A stretch of 64,000 bases of DNA from Gemmatimonadales bacterium (GTDB taxonomy: Bacteria; Gemmatimonadota; Gemmatimonadetes; Gemmatimonadales; GWC2-71-9), in contig OZ252244.1 of the NCBI GenBank assembly GCA_965249575.1, positions 864,001-928,000 on the forward strand, read 5' to 3'. Below, in pieces: positions 1-10,368 of this stretch. Below the pieces are notes generated by a model, which worked only from the letters and a program-made list of their open reading frames with translations, did no database searches and was not told where the DNA came from. How positions within the stretch are numbered: the stretch's first letter is position 1; each line of letters starts with the position of its first letter. Position numbers and translations under genes: made by a program.

Positions 1-72
1 ATCGGCTTTGCGAGCAGTGGCGAGGTCCTGAGGCGCACGCCACTGGCCGTGCTGCGGGAGATGAGTGAATAG
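1..72 (+). CDS. 3' end of an unidentified CDS entering from the left edge
   Basis: Frame 1 is open (IGFASSGEVLRRTPLAVLREMSE) to TAG at 70-72; too short to assign. Confidence 0.35.
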   Translation: MGFASSGEVLRRTPLAVLREMSE

Positions 73-171
73 GGATGGGATCGTACGGGCGGCCTCGGTC
101 GCCGGCGCGGCCGGGCACCCTCACACAACCATCGATCGACGCGCGCTAGGGGGCGGGAAGGCCCGGCCGCG

Positions 172-243
172 TGCCCCCAAGGGGAATCGAACCCCTGTTC
201 CCACCTTGAAAGAGTGGTGTCCTAGCCGTTAGACGATGGGGGC
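172..243 (-). tRNA. tRNA-Glu (TTC)
   Basis: Reverse complement GCCCCCATCGTCTAACGGCTAGGACACCACTCTTTCAAGGTGGGAACAGGGGTTCGATTCCCCTTGGGGGCA: 7-bp acceptor stem, anticodon loop CTTTCAA, T-loop GTTCGATT; CCA not encoded. Confidence 0.96.
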
Positions 244-278
244 TACGGGTCCGCCGGCGCCGCGGGCCGGTGGGCCAG

Positions 279-351
279 TAGCGGTAACGGGATTCGAACC
301 CGTGTTTCGGCCTTGAGAGGGCCGCGTCCTAGTCCCCTAGACGATACCGCC
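279..351 (-). tRNA. tRNA-Glu (CTC)
   Basis: Reverse complement GGCGGTATCGTCTAGGGGACTAGGACGCGGCCCTCTCAAGGCCGAAACACGGGTTCGAATCCCGTTACCGCTA: anticodon loop CTCTCAA, T-loop GTTCGAAT. Confidence 0.96.
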
Positions 352-370
352 AGACGGAAACCGGGCGCGA

Positions 371-379
371 AATATATCA
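371..379 (-). promoter_or_regulatory. Putative extended -10 element for the tRNA pair
   Basis: TGATATATT on the minus strand matches TGnTATAAT, about 20 nt upstream of tRNA-Glu(CTC), AT-rich in a GC-rich context. Confidence 0.4.
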
Positions 380-437
380 CCCGCCTGTGCGACCGACGCA
401 ACCCGCGGCAGGGCGGCCGTCGGTTGGTTCAGACGGT

Positions 438-912
438 CTACGGTACGCCATCTGGCCCTGACCGAGCCCGCGCGGCGTCCAGGCTCCAGGGATATGGCCC
501 CAGCACTGACAGCGCGAAGGCCCCGGCGGCGGCGCTCAACACCGACGCGTCCAACGCCGATTTCAATCCGGTGCCAACGGTCATCCCCAGCCCGAAGAGC
601 AGGAGCAGCACACCGCTCAGCCACGCAGCGGTCCGCGTGAACAAACCCAGAATGAGGGCGACACCTAAGGCGACTTCAGCCAGCGTGGCCGTCCACGCCA
701 GCACCGGAACGAGCGCGTCAGGCGCATACGGATTGATGGTGCCGGTATATGCAACGAACCGGTCGAAGTCCCCCCACGCAACGCTCGGCTCGCCGCGCGC
801 CCCCCAGAGGCCCGAATCGGTCGGCTACGGCCGAGAGGAACGCCGCGCCCAACGTGAGGCGGAGGAACACCGATCCGAAGCGCGCTACGGCGTTCGCCAT
901 GTACCGTTGCAT
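438..912 (-). pseudogene. DoxX-family membrane protein, frameshifted near 795-812
   Basis: ORF 718-912 (FLRLTLGAAFLSAVADRFG) continues in another frame as SVAWGDFDRFVAYTGTINP...LAWTATLAEVALG (438-704); indels lie in G runs. Confidence 0.75.
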
Positions 913-941
913 CTAACCTGCCTGGTGACTGGGGAGGGAAC

Positions 942-1478
942 CTACCACGAATAGTAATAAGCCGTCCACGTGGGAGCATCGAAGTCCGCCACGAGCGTTC
1001 GCACGAGCTCTTCCATGGTGGCCCTGAGATTCCCAGTGCTGAACCGGTAGTTGAGGATCTGGACGCCAACGAACCCCGACACCTTCCCCCTGAGCGCAGG
1101 GAGGTTGAGCGGCGTCGATGATGCAACGATGAACAAGACCGGCCCACCGAAACGGCGGTCGGGCCCGACGAGCGTCGTGTCCAGCCGGGGCAAGACTACG
1201 TGGCTCCCGGCTTCAAAGAATTGTTTCTGATCCAATTCGTACGGGTAGAACGCCTGCACGAGCCCCCGCGTGAACACCAGGAATACCCCCACGTGAGACG
1301 GCTCGTCGAGTTCGAAGGTGACGCCGCCGCGGGCAGCCCAGAACGGGGTGTCAGCTCTGATCACCAAGCGCGGATCGTCCCGAGTGAGGACCCCGAGCCG
1401 ACCCACGCGGGGCGGGGCGCCACACCCGATCACCCCGACGATTGTGGATACGGCGAGCAAGCCAGCCTGAGTGCGCAC
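942..1478 (-). CDS. Putative lipoprotein, DUF4384-like domain
   Basis: N-terminal hydrophobic stretch ending VIGC; core FELDEPSHVGVFLV...VQAFYP...FFEAG...VLFIVASSTPL. Confidence 0.55.
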   Translation of the reverse strand: MRTQAGLLAVSTIVGVIGCGAPPRVGRLGVLTRDDPRLVIRADTPFWAARGGVTFELDEPSHVGVFLVFTRGLVQAFYPYELDQKQFFEAGSHVVLPRLDTTLVGPDRRFGGPVLFIVASSTPLNLPALRGKVSGFVGVQILNYRFSTGNLRATMEELVRTLVADFDAPTWTAYYYSW

Positions 1479-1638
1479 GCCATCCCCCCTGTATCGTTCT
1501 CATGCGGCGGGTACCGATCCCACCCCAACCTATCCAGCTTCCGGGATCGCCAACACCCCGGGAGTTCGGTATGAGGCGCTCTTTGCTACCTTTGGGAACC
1601 ACCGCTGGTCGGCGGAATCCCGAACCGAGGAGTTTCGA

Positions 1639-2217
1639 ATGCGCTCCGTTTGTCTCGCAGCGTTTTCACTCGCCATGATCGTGGGCCCGATTCACGGCCA
1701 GGCCCAACCTCGCGAGGGCTTCTGGATTGGATTCGGGGCTGGCGGTGGGTGGAACACATCGGAGGGACTGGACGGCAACCGGCGCGGCGGGGGCGCGTTT
1801 CACTTTCGCCTCGGCGGCACGCCGAGTCCCAACGTACTCATCGGCGCCGAGTTCATTGGCTGGAACCGAGTCTGCAGGAGCTTCGTATTCGCCTGCAAAG
1901 AGGGGGGCATTACCGTCGGGCGTGGAAACGTGACGCTCTTGGTCCTGTTGTTTCCGAGCCGGACGGGCGGATTCTATGTGAAGGGCGGGATCGGGGGATC
2001 AAGTGCTACGGTCGTCACGAACGTGCTCGGAGCCAACGTGAGCGCTAAAAAGGACGGATTCGGTGCTACGGTGGGGACCGGGATAAACATCAGGCTCGGC
2101 TCGAACTTGTATCTCACACCCGGGCTCGATTGGCTGTTCCAGGCGTTCGACGCCGGGCAGAACCTTGCATCGACGAACACGTTGTTCCTCATCACGCTGG
2201 GATTGACATGGCACTGA
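1639..2217 (+). CDS. Small outer-membrane beta-barrel protein
   Basis: GAGGAG RBS before ATG 1639; signal peptide; alternating Gly/aromatic strands; C-terminus LGLTWH. Confidence 0.75.
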   Translation: MRSVCLAAFSLAMIVGPIHGQAQPREGFWIGFGAGGGWNTSEGLDGNRRGGGAFHFRLGGTPSPNVLIGAEFIGWNRVCRSFVFACKEGGITVGRGNVTLLVLLFPSRTGGFYVKGGIGGSSATVVTNVLGANVSAKKDGFGATVGTGINIRLGSNLYLTPGLDWLFQAFDAGQNLASTNTLFLITLGLTWH

Positions 2218-2341
2218 CCTAGCGTGCCTCCGCCGTCGTATACCTTGACGGAAGGACGCCCTATCATCGACGACATGGGCGGAGAGCGGGTGCGCAAGAG
2301 TCGACGTGGCTCGGCAACCCCCGAGCGACGCTGGAGACGCC

Positions 2342-4833
2342 ATGCCTGAGCCGGCACTCGTCACCACCGTTGTCGCTATCGTCGGTCTTCTGCTCGTGGC
2401 CGCGCTCGCCGCGATCGGATTGAAACGCCTCCGCCTCCCATATACCGTCGGACTGGTAATCGTCGGGTTACTGTTGGGTGGCCTGGCCAATGTGTTTCCC
2501 GCACTCGGGGTGTTGCGCGACATCGAGTTGTCGCCCGATGTCATTCTGTTCGTCTTTCTGCCGACGCTCATCTTCGAGTCGGCGTTCAACCTCAACAGCC
2601 GGCTCTTGTCTCAGAATCTCGCGCCGGTCCTCGCGTTGGCCGCGCCAGGGCTCCTCTTGTCCACCATGCTCGTGGGCTTCCTGGTCAGCTGGACGACACC
2701 ACTGGAGCTCGGCCCGGCGCTCCTGTTCGGCGCATTGATTTCGGCCACCGACCCCATTGCGGTCGTGGCCCTGTTCAAGGAGCTGGGTGCGCCGAAGCGT
2801 CTCGCCATCCTCGTCGAGGGCGAGAGCCTATTCAATGACGCCACGGCAATCGTGCTGTTTCAGATCGTCCTCGCGGTGCTGGCCGGCGGCATCCTGAGCG
2901 TGGCCACCGTGGGCGAGGGCATCGCGGAATTCGCGTTCGTGTTCGGCGGAGGCCTCGCCGTCGGCGGTACGGTCGGCTATCTGATGGTTCGATCCATCGC
3001 GCTCGCCGACGATGATCCCCTCGTCGAGGTGGCGCTCACAACGGTCGTCGCATACGCGGCGTTCATTACCGCCGACCACTATCTGCACGTGTCCGGGGTC
3101 ATGGCGACCGTCGGAGCCGGGTTGGTGGTTGGTACCATGGGTTCTACGCGTTTTACGCCCGAAGTGCGGGCCTATCTGCATCAATTCTGGGAATACGCAG
3201 CATTCGTCGCCAACGGATTCATCTTCCTCTTAGTTGGACTGAGTGTGCGTCTGAGCGGAATCACAGAGCACGTGGCTCCGATCGGCTGGGCGATCGTTGC
3301 CGTGATGGTCGCTCGTGCAGTCACGGTCTTCGGACTGACCAGTCGCCTGCCGGGCGCGGAGCCCATCGACACGAGGCACCAGACCGTTCTCTGGTGGGGA
3401 GGGCTTCGCGGGGCGGTCGCGCTCGCGCTGGCCCTGAGCCTCCCCACGGCGTTCGCGAGCCGCGAACTGATCATCGCGATGGCAGTAGGCGTGGTCCTCT
3501 TCACGCTTTTGAGCGGTGGCCTGACCATGGGGCCGCTCATCCGATGGCTCGGACTCGACAAGCCGACGCTCGTCGAACGCGTGGCCCGGGCACAGGCGGC
3601 CGTGGCGGCGAAGCGGGAGGGACTCTCGAGGATTCTGCAGGCGGCGACCGCCGGCATTTCTCGAGTGGCCTCATTCGAGACGTCGAGCGCACTGCCCAGG
3701 CGGGGCTCGCGGCCGCTGAGGACCGTCTGGCAACACTTCGGAGCGAATGCCACACCGACGAGATGCAGTCCGTGCTCTGGTCGGAGGCCTTCACAACGGA
3801 GCGGCACGCATACCGAGATCTATTCGACCGGGGGGGGATCTCCGAGCCCGTGCTACGCGAGCTGGAGCTCGCGGTCGAGTTGGAACGCGACACGCTGAAG
3901 CGGGGGAACTATCCGGTCGAGCTGCCATCGGCAATGCCGATAGAGGTTCGCATCGTTGATCACCTGGCGCGGTGGACCGAACGGGTGCTGCCCACCATCC
4001 GGCCGGTTCAGCATCACCGCCTGCGAGCCCTCGCCGCAAGATATGAGCACGATTTCGCGGTCGTGGAGGCCAGTCGCCGCGTCGCCACGGAAGTCCAACG
4101 TCTTGCCGAGCTGCTGGGTCTCGATCGGTCCGTGGCCGAGCGGTGCCAGAGCGCGTACGAGCGTCGTGGCGAAACGGCGATGCGGCGCATCGATTCGATT
4201 GCGGAACACTTTCCAGAGTACGTGGCAGCCGTACAACAGCAAACCGCGCGGCGAATGGCGCTGGATGGCGAGGCGGATGCGATCGACCAACTCGCCTCGG
4301 CCGGCGGCATTCCGGAGTCGGTCGCCCAAGAGGCCCGCCGGGCGATCACCTTGATGCAGCGGGATCTCATGCATCAACCGGTTTCCGCCCTGCGGCCCCG
4401 GCCGGCCGAGCTGTTGGCGCGCGTACCGTTCTTCGGGAGCCTCGCATCGGACGACTTCGATCGGGTCGTCAACGCCCTCGTGCCCCGCACGCTCCTAGCG
4501 GGAGAAACGATCATTCGGCAGGACGAACGCGGTACGTCGTTATTCCTCATTGCGCGGGGCGTCGTTGCCGTGATGATCGAGCAGGCAGGCGAGGCGCCGG
4601 AGCGGGTCGCCTCGCTCCACGCTGGGGACTTCTTCGGTGAGATGGCGCTCCTCACGGCGGAACGCCGGAGCGCCACCGTTCAGGCAGTCACGGACTGTCG
4701 GCTCTTCGAGCTTTCGAAACCCGACGTCGACAGACTGTGCGACGTCTGTCCCGGCATCAAGGATGCGCTTCTGGAGGCCTATCGGGTCCGGAAAGCAGAG
4801 CAGGATCCCGACACGGCCGCATCAGCTCCATGA
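2342..4833 (+). CDS. CPA1 (NhaP-like) Na+/H+ antiporter with C-terminal cyclic-nucleotide-binding domain; frameshift near 3650
   Basis: ISATDPIAV, VEGESLFNDATA and WGGLRGAVALALAL in ORF 2306-3898; CNBD (IIRQDERGTSLFLI...GDFFGEMALLTAERRSATVQA) in ORF 3394-4833; one indel joins them. Confidence 0.85.
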
Positions 4834-4840
4834 CATCCCC

Positions 4841-5698
4841 TCAGCGGTCGTTCGCGGCGAGCCATCGATACATCGCCCTGACGTTCATCGAAAGCCAGTC
4901 GTCGTAGCGATCCCACTGTTCGTAGTCCGGCAGCCGCACCTCCTGGGCCGCCCGGTCTTCACTCCATCCGTCCTGGAGGGCCCTTCCGGCAGCAACCCGG
5001 ACGTCGTCGTAATACCGGATCTGGCGCTCGACGCTCGCCCGGTCACCAGGGGGGCCGTGCCCGAATACGACCGTATCGAACTCGAGCGTCGCGAGCCCGT
5101 GCAAGGTGTCGAAGAAATCGGGGAAGTAGTGGCTCGGCAGGTCCCGGTAGCCCACCCGGTCGTTCGCAACGAAATCGACCGCGAACGCTATCCGCTCGGC
5201 CGGCAGGAGCGCAACGATCATGTTGTCGCTGTGGCTTCGGCCCAGGAAGTGCAACTCGATCGTCTTTCCCCCGAAGTGGAGGGCCATGCGATCACTGAAC
5301 GTGAGGTCTGGGACGGGGAGATCGGGATCGTCCGCGCTGCGTATCCGGTCGACGGCGAGCTGATGCGCGATGATCGGGGCGCCCCGACCCAGGCGCTGCC
5401 GCAGGACGTTCGCTCCGGTGGCATGATCGGCATGATGGTGACTGTACACGACGGCCAGCAGTGGCGCTCCCGGGGCCACCCGCTCGATCTCGGTCGCGAA
5501 CCGTCCTGCCGCTTCTACCGAAATCGGGTCGAACGCCACGACGCCCTCCGGCGTGACGACAAACAGCCCGTTGTGCGACTGGTGCCGGAACCGGTAGACG
5601 CCCTCGGCAATGGTGGTTGTCTCGAAATTCTGCGCCCCCAGCTGGTGGACCGGTAGCAGCACCGGTATCAGTAACGTCACAACGCGCAGTTGCGTCAT
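4841..5698 (-). CDS. Secreted metallo-beta-lactamase-fold hydrolase
   Basis: Signal peptide; SHHHADH, GRSHSD and VFGHG motifs. Confidence 0.85.
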   Translation of the reverse strand: MTQLRVVTLLIPVLLPVHQLGAQNFETTTIAEGVYRFRHQSHNGLFVVTPEGVVAFDPISVEAAGRFATEIERVAPGAPLLAVVYSHHHADHATGANVLRQRLGRGAPIIAHQLAVDRIRSADDPDLPVPDLTFSDRMALHFGGKTIELHFLGRSHSDNMIVALLPAERIAFAVDFVANDRVGYRDLPSHYFPDFFDTLHGLATLEFDTVVFGHGPPGDRASVERQIRYYDDVRVAAGRALQDGWSEDRAAQEVRLPDYEQWDRYDDWLSMNVRAMYRWLAANDR

Positions 5699-5731
5699 AC
5701 GATTCCTCCTCAGTGTCGACGTCCCATGCGG

Positions 5732-6424
5732 TCACTGCCCTGCTTCGTGTCGGTTGCCCAACCAGTCCACGAGATCTTCGAGCGCTGGCACCGTCACCAA
5801 CGGCGTGACGGGTCTCGGGGGCGCGCCGCCGTGCCGGTTGATCCACGCTGCAGGAATCCCCAGGGTGCCCGCGGGCTCGATGTCGTGGAAAACGCTTTGC
5901 GCCGCGTGCAGCCAGCGGCGGCCGGCGATCATCAAGTCTCGAGCCGCGAGAAAATGGGCCGGCGCGGGTTTATACGACTTCACCCGTTCCGCGGTGACGC
6001 AGAACTCGAATTCGACCGTGAAGTGTTTCAGCGTCGCCGACAACAAGTCGTCGTCGATATTGGAGAGAATCCCCAGCCGGTAGCCCGCCTTCACGAGGTA
6101 TTCGAGCGACCGATTGGTGTCGGGGAACGGCGGCCAGTGCGGCAAGCTCTCCGCGAGGAAATCTCCGTGATCGGGCGCAAGTGTCCACCCGAGGCGTTGG
6201 GCCACAATCCGCGCCGTCTGGCGCAATACCTCGCGATAGGATTGGTAGCGGCCTCGCTGCACCTCGGGCTCCACCTCGGCGTGCGTCCGCACGATCTCCT
6301 CGCGATCGAGCGTGTGACCCACACGCCCACCTTCGGTCATGAAGGCGTTCGCGATTCCAGACTCCCAGTCGATGAGCGTCCCATAACAATCGAACGTGAT
6401 GACCTCAGCGACGTGGCTGATCAC
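5732..6424 (-). CDS. HAD-superfamily hydrolase (haloacid dehalogenase type II-like)
   Basis: ITFDCYGTLIDWE, LSNIDD, SYKP, HAAQSVFHDI. Confidence 0.9.
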   Translation of the reverse strand: MISHVAEVITFDCYGTLIDWESGIANAFMTEGGRVGHTLDREEIVRTHAEVEPEVQRGRYQSYREVLRQTARIVAQRLGWTLAPDHGDFLAESLPHWPPFPDTNRSLEYLVKAGYRLGILSNIDDDLLSATLKHFTVEFEFCVTAERVKSYKPAPAHFLAARDLMIAGRRWLHAAQSVFHDIEPAGTLGIPAAWINRHGGAPPRPVTPLVTVPALEDLVDWLGNRHEAGQ

Positions 6425-7092
6425 TTGGGAAAATTTAGGCTCTCGCCTGGCTCCAGGACCTCGACCTTCATCCCCTTTGGGGTGAAGCCCGAGGCGTCCT
6501 GAACGAGGAGGGGCCAGGTTTTATAATGCATCGGCACGGCCACCTTCGGCGCGATCAATTCGGCCGCCCGCGTGGCGAGCTCCGGCCCCATCGTAAACCG
6601 GTCCCCGATTGGAACAAGGGCGATGTCCGGCCGGTAGATCTCACCGATCAGCTTCATATCGCCGAACACCGACGTGTCACCACAATGGTACACCGTCGCC
6701 CCACCCAGACGCACGATCACGCCACACGGCATTCCCATGTATCGACCGTTGTAGGAGGATGAGTGGAACGCCTGCGTGAACGCGACCCAGCCGAAGTCAG
6801 CGGTGATCTTTCCACCGGGATTCCCTGCCTCGGCCTTCACTCCTTGCTCCCCGAGGAAGTCGGCGATTTCGAAAGCAGCGAACACCGTCGCGTCGTTGGC
6901 CTTGGCGATCGAGACCGTGTCACCAACGTGATCGGGATGGCCGTGGGTCAACGCGACGTACTGACACTCGATATCCTCCGCCTTCATGGCGGCGGCCGGA
7001 TTGTCAGTGAGAAACGGGTCAATGGCCACCGTCGTCGATCCGTCGCTCACGAGATACGCGGCGTGGCCGAGAAAGGTCAGCGTGATTGCCAT
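6421..7092 (-). CDS. UPF0173 (YtkL-like) metal-dependent hydrolase
   Basis: FLGHA, IDPFL, THGHPDH, AFHSS, HCGDT, PIGDRFTMG, PMHY. Confidence 0.92.
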   Translation of the reverse strand: MAITLTFLGHAAYLVSDGSTTVAIDPFLTDNPAAAMKAEDIECQYVALTHGHPDHVGDTVSIAKANDATVFAAFEIADFLGEQGVKAEAGNPGGKITADFGWVAFTQAFHSSSYNGRYMGMPCGVIVRLGGATVYHCGDTSVFGDMKLIGEIYRPDIALVPIGDRFTMGPELATRAAELIAPKVAVPMHYKTWPLLVQDASGFTPKGMKVEVLEPGESLNFPK

Positions 7093-7174
7093 GCGCGGTT
7101 GACTCCTCTCAATGAGTTCAGTCGTCGCCGGTCAAGATCAATGCTAGGCTCTCGCGACGGCGGAGGCAACGCGG

Positions 7175-7410
7175 GCAGGCCTTGAGTATGGACTTCGCGT
7201 GTTCAACAAGATGGATGCCACGAACCCGTATACAGTCGGATACTATGACACCTACGATGGGCCTGATGGTTTGAACTCAGCTAGGGTCCTTGGATCGGTT
7301 TTCAACGGCGCGTGGGGAATCGACGGGTGGAACGGCCATACCTGGGGGATGCCCAACGTCTCCAGCGCCCCGGATTGGGACAACGGCCCGGCTGGCGCCC
7401 CCCCCGCCAG
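7175..7410 (+). pseudogene. C-terminal remnant of an LVIVD-repeat protein with an internal deletion
   Basis: AGLEYGLRVFNKMDATNP...SVFNGAWGID|GWNGHTWGMPNVSSAPDWDNGP aligns by eye to the C-terminus of 41295-42671, lacking about 26 residues. Confidence 0.75.
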
Positions 7411-7448
7411 CCCGGGCGAGCTGAAGCACCGGCCCGGCGCACACACCG

Positions 7449-8564
7449 TTAGCGAAGGCGGTCCATCCCGCCCTCGATCTCGCGCCGCTTACCGGACCCC
7501 TCCTCGAACACGTGCAAGCGGTCGAGTCGAAAGCGCAGTCCGATCGCGGCGCCCTCGCGCAAGTCCAGTTCGTCGCTCGTAACGATCCGGACTGGCTCCC
7601 GCTCAGGGACGTTGCGCAACGCGACATGGATCAGGACCTCACTCCCGAGCGGTTCCACGATGTCCACCTCTCCTTCAACGTCGGCGTGCACACTGTCGAC
7701 GATGTCTATGTCGTTTGGCCGAATGCCCATAACGAGCGGGATGTTCGGCACCTCCTCGGCGTCCATCTCCAGTTCCAGCACCCGAGATGACAGGCGCGCC
7801 CTGCCCTCGTTCGCGGTCGTCCGACACGGAAAGAGGTTCATCGAAGGCGACCCGATGAACTTCGCAACAAACATGGAGGATGGACGTCGGTACACCTCGA
7901 CGGGGGAATCCACCTGCTCTACCGACCCCTCGTGCATCACGGCGACGCGATCGCCCAGAGTCATCGCCTCCTCCTGATCGTGCGTAACGTACAGCATCGT
8001 AGCCCCCAGCCGCCGGTGCATGCGGGCCAACTCGGTGCGGGTTTGCACACGAAGCGTTGCGTCGAGATTCGACAGCGGCTCATCGAACAAGAAGGCCTTG
8101 GGCTGTCGGACCATGGCCCGCCCCAACGCCACACGCTGACGCTGCCCCCCTGAAAGCTGCCGGGGCCGGTGGGGCAACTGTTCGTATATCCCCAGGGCCC
8201 GCGCCACCTCCTCGACACGCCGTTCCCTGATGGCCGCGGGCACCCGTCGCACGCGGAGTGGGAACTCCAGGTTCTCGCGGACAGTCTTGTGCGGATACAA
8301 GGCGTACGACTGGAACACCATCGCGATATCGCGGTCTTGAGGGGCGACGGTGGTGACGTCTTGGTCGCCGATGTATATACGTCCGGAGGTCGGCGCTTCC
8401 AGACCAGCCACGAGCCGGAGCGTGGTGCTCTTTCCACAGCCAGAGGGACCGACCAGCACCAGCAGCTCACCGTCCGCCGCTTCCAGGTCGATCTCCCGAA
8501 CTGCCGGCCGGCTCCCCGCGAAGGTTTTCGTTATTCGATCGAGGCGAATCCTGGCCACCTTCAC
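7449..8564 (-). CDS. Carbohydrate ABC transporter ATP-binding subunit (MalK/SugC-like)
   Basis: GPSGCGKST, VFQSYALYPH, LSGGQRQR, FLFDEPLSNLD; GTG overlaps the permease stop. Confidence 0.95.
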   Translation of the reverse strand: MKVARIRLDRITKTFAGSRPAVREIDLEAADGELLVLVGPSGCGKSTTLRLVAGLEAPTSGRIYIGDQDVTTVAPQDRDIAMVFQSYALYPHKTVRENLEFPLRVRRVPAAIRERRVEEVARALGIYEQLPHRPRQLSGGQRQRVALGRAMVRQPKAFLFDEPLSNLDATLRVQTRTELARMHRRLGATMLYVTHDQEEAMTLGDRVAVMHEGSVEQVDSPVEVYRRPSSMFVAKFIGSPSMNLFPCRTTANEGRARLSSRVLELEMDAEEVPNIPLVMGIRPNDIDIVDSVHADVEGEVDIVEPLGSEVLIHVALRNVPEREPVRIVTSDELDLREGAAIGLRFRLDRLHVFEEGSGKRREIEGGMDRLR

Positions 8565-9379
8565 CCCTTGACGGCGCCGGAGGTCAGCCCACCAACGATT
8601 CGCCGCTGAAAGACGAGCACAAGAGCGGCGACCGGCAGGGTGGCCACCATGGCAGCAGCGAGGATCTGACCCCACGGCACCCGATACTGCCCCCGAAAGA
8701 GCGCGATGGCGACTGGGACCGTGTGCCGCTCGCGATCGAGCGTGAATGAAAGCGCAAAAAGGAACTCGTTCCAGCAATACACAAAGGTGAGAATCGCGGT
8801 CGCCACGAGCCCAGGCCACGATAGGGGGAGAATGACCTCACGAAACACCCGGAGCCGCCCCGCCCCGTCGACTAGCGCCGCGTGTTCGAGCTCCGCCGGC
8901 AGTTGACGGAAGAATCCAACCAGCAGCCAGACCGTCAACGGCATTGCGAACGTCAGGTACGGCAGCACCAGTCCAGGATACGTGTTGATCAGGCGCAGCT
9001 CCCGGAGTAGTAGGTAAAGCGGCGACAGGATAGCGATCTGCGGGAACATCGCCGTGACCAGGATGGATCCGAGCAACAGCGTCTTGCCCCGGAAGTTCAA
9101 GCGGGCTACCGCGTACGCACAAAAAGATCCAAGCACGAGGCAGAGCGCCGTCGTGCTGCCTGCCACGACGAGCGAGTTCCGGATGGGAACCCAGAAGTTC
9201 TGTTCCGTGAACAGCGCCCGGTAGTGATCCAGCACCAACGACGCCGGAAACAGGCGAGGCTCTTCGAAGAGCCCGGCCTCGGGTGTGAACGACGAGACTA
9301 GCGCCCAGTAGAAGGGGAATACCATTGCCGCGATCAGCATTATGCCCAGGGCTGCGATACCTGCCCGCCCGCTTTTCAC
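8561..9379 (-). CDS. Carbohydrate ABC permease (MalG/SugB-like)
   Basis: EAA-loop variant LEHAALVDGA, WNEFLFA, FQRRIVGGLTSGAVKG; GTGA-coupled start. Confidence 0.92.
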   Translation of the reverse strand: MKSGRAGIAALGIMLIAAMVFPFYWALVSSFTPEAGLFEEPRLFPASLVLDHYRALFTEQNFWVPIRNSLVVAGSTTALCLVLGSFCAYAVARLNFRGKTLLLGSILVTAMFPQIAILSPLYLLLRELRLINTYPGLVLPYLTFAMPLTVWLLVGFFRQLPAELEHAALVDGAGRLRVFREVILPLSWPGLVATAILTFVYCWNEFLFALSFTLDRERHTVPVAIALFRGQYRVPWGQILAAAMVATLPVAALVLVFQRRIVGGLTSGAVKG

Positions 9380-10368
9380 TCGGTGCCTTCTTGCAGTCCG
9401 ACATCGAGCACTCGCACGTACAGAACGGCCAGCATCAAGGTCGCTACGAACACCATCACCGCGAGCGCCGAGCCGTATCCGAAGCGCAGGTGTTGGAGGA
9501 GAACGGTGTAGGTATAGAGTGCGATGGGCTCCGTCGCCGTTCCCGGACCACCGCCGCTCATTACGTAGATCAGGTCGAATACTCGAAACGCGTCGAGCGT
9601 ACGAAACATCAGCGCCACCAGCAGGGCGGGCGCGAGCATCGGCACGGTTACGTGCGTGAACTGGCGCCACCCGCCCGCGCCGTCCATCCGCGCGGCTTCG
9701 TAGAGTGAGTCATCGATATTCTGCAGTCCGGCAAGCAGGAGGAGTGCCACGAACGGCGTCGCCTTCCACACGTCGGCCAACACAATCGGGATCCAACTCG
9801 TCACCGCCCCTGCGAACCACGATACGGGATGGTCCACGATTCCAACCGCTGTCAAGGCCAGGTTCGCAACTCCACTCTCGCCGTCGAACATGAACTGCCA
9901 CAGGAGAGCCGCAACGACCGTGGGAATTGCCCAGGGAATCAGGGCGGCCGCCCGGACGAGTCCCCGCCCCCGGTAGACTCGGTTCAGCGTAAGGGCGAGT
10001 GCCATTCCGCCGATCAACTCGAGAGCGACACTGCTTGCCGTGAACAGCACGGTGTGTGCGATGGCGTCCCAAAACCGCGGCTCACCCAACGCCTGGCCGT
10101 AGTTGGCGAGCCCGACGAATGGCTGTCCGCGCCATGGCATCCGAAGGTCGTGGAGATGGATGGACTCCCACACCGTCCACCCAAGCGGAAAGATCGCGAT
10201 GCCGGCAACCGCAACCAGCGCGGGGGCCACCAGCATCCAGGCCAATCCAGTCTGGCGCTGCGCTGCGGAGTCGTTGGCCAAGGGCCTACGTGCCGCCCGG
10301 GTGACGTCTCGCCAGGTCAACGCGATCCAGCAACCAGCGCATCTCGCCGGCGGCCGCGAGGAGCGCAT
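9376..10368 (-). CDS. Carbohydrate ABC permease (MalF/SugA-like); true start probably near 10281
   Basis: FVGLANY, DVWKATPF, LYEAARMDGA, FRVFDLIYVMSGGGP. Confidence 0.92.
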   Translation of the reverse strand: MRSSRPPARCAGCWIALTWRDVTRAARRPLANDSAAQRQTGLAWMLVAPALVAVAGIAIFPLGWTVWESIHLHDLRMPWRGQPFVGLANYGQALGEPRFWDAIAHTVLFTASSVALELIGGMALALTLNRVYRGRGLVRAAALIPWAIPTVVAALLWQFMFDGESGVANLALTAVGIVDHPVSWFAGAVTSWIPIVLADVWKATPFVALLLLAGLQNIDDSLYEAARMDGAGGWRQFTHVTVPMLAPALLVALMFRTLDAFRVFDLIYVMSGGGPGTATEPIALYTYTVLLQHLRFGYGSALAVMVFVATLMLAVLYVRVLDVGLQEGTE

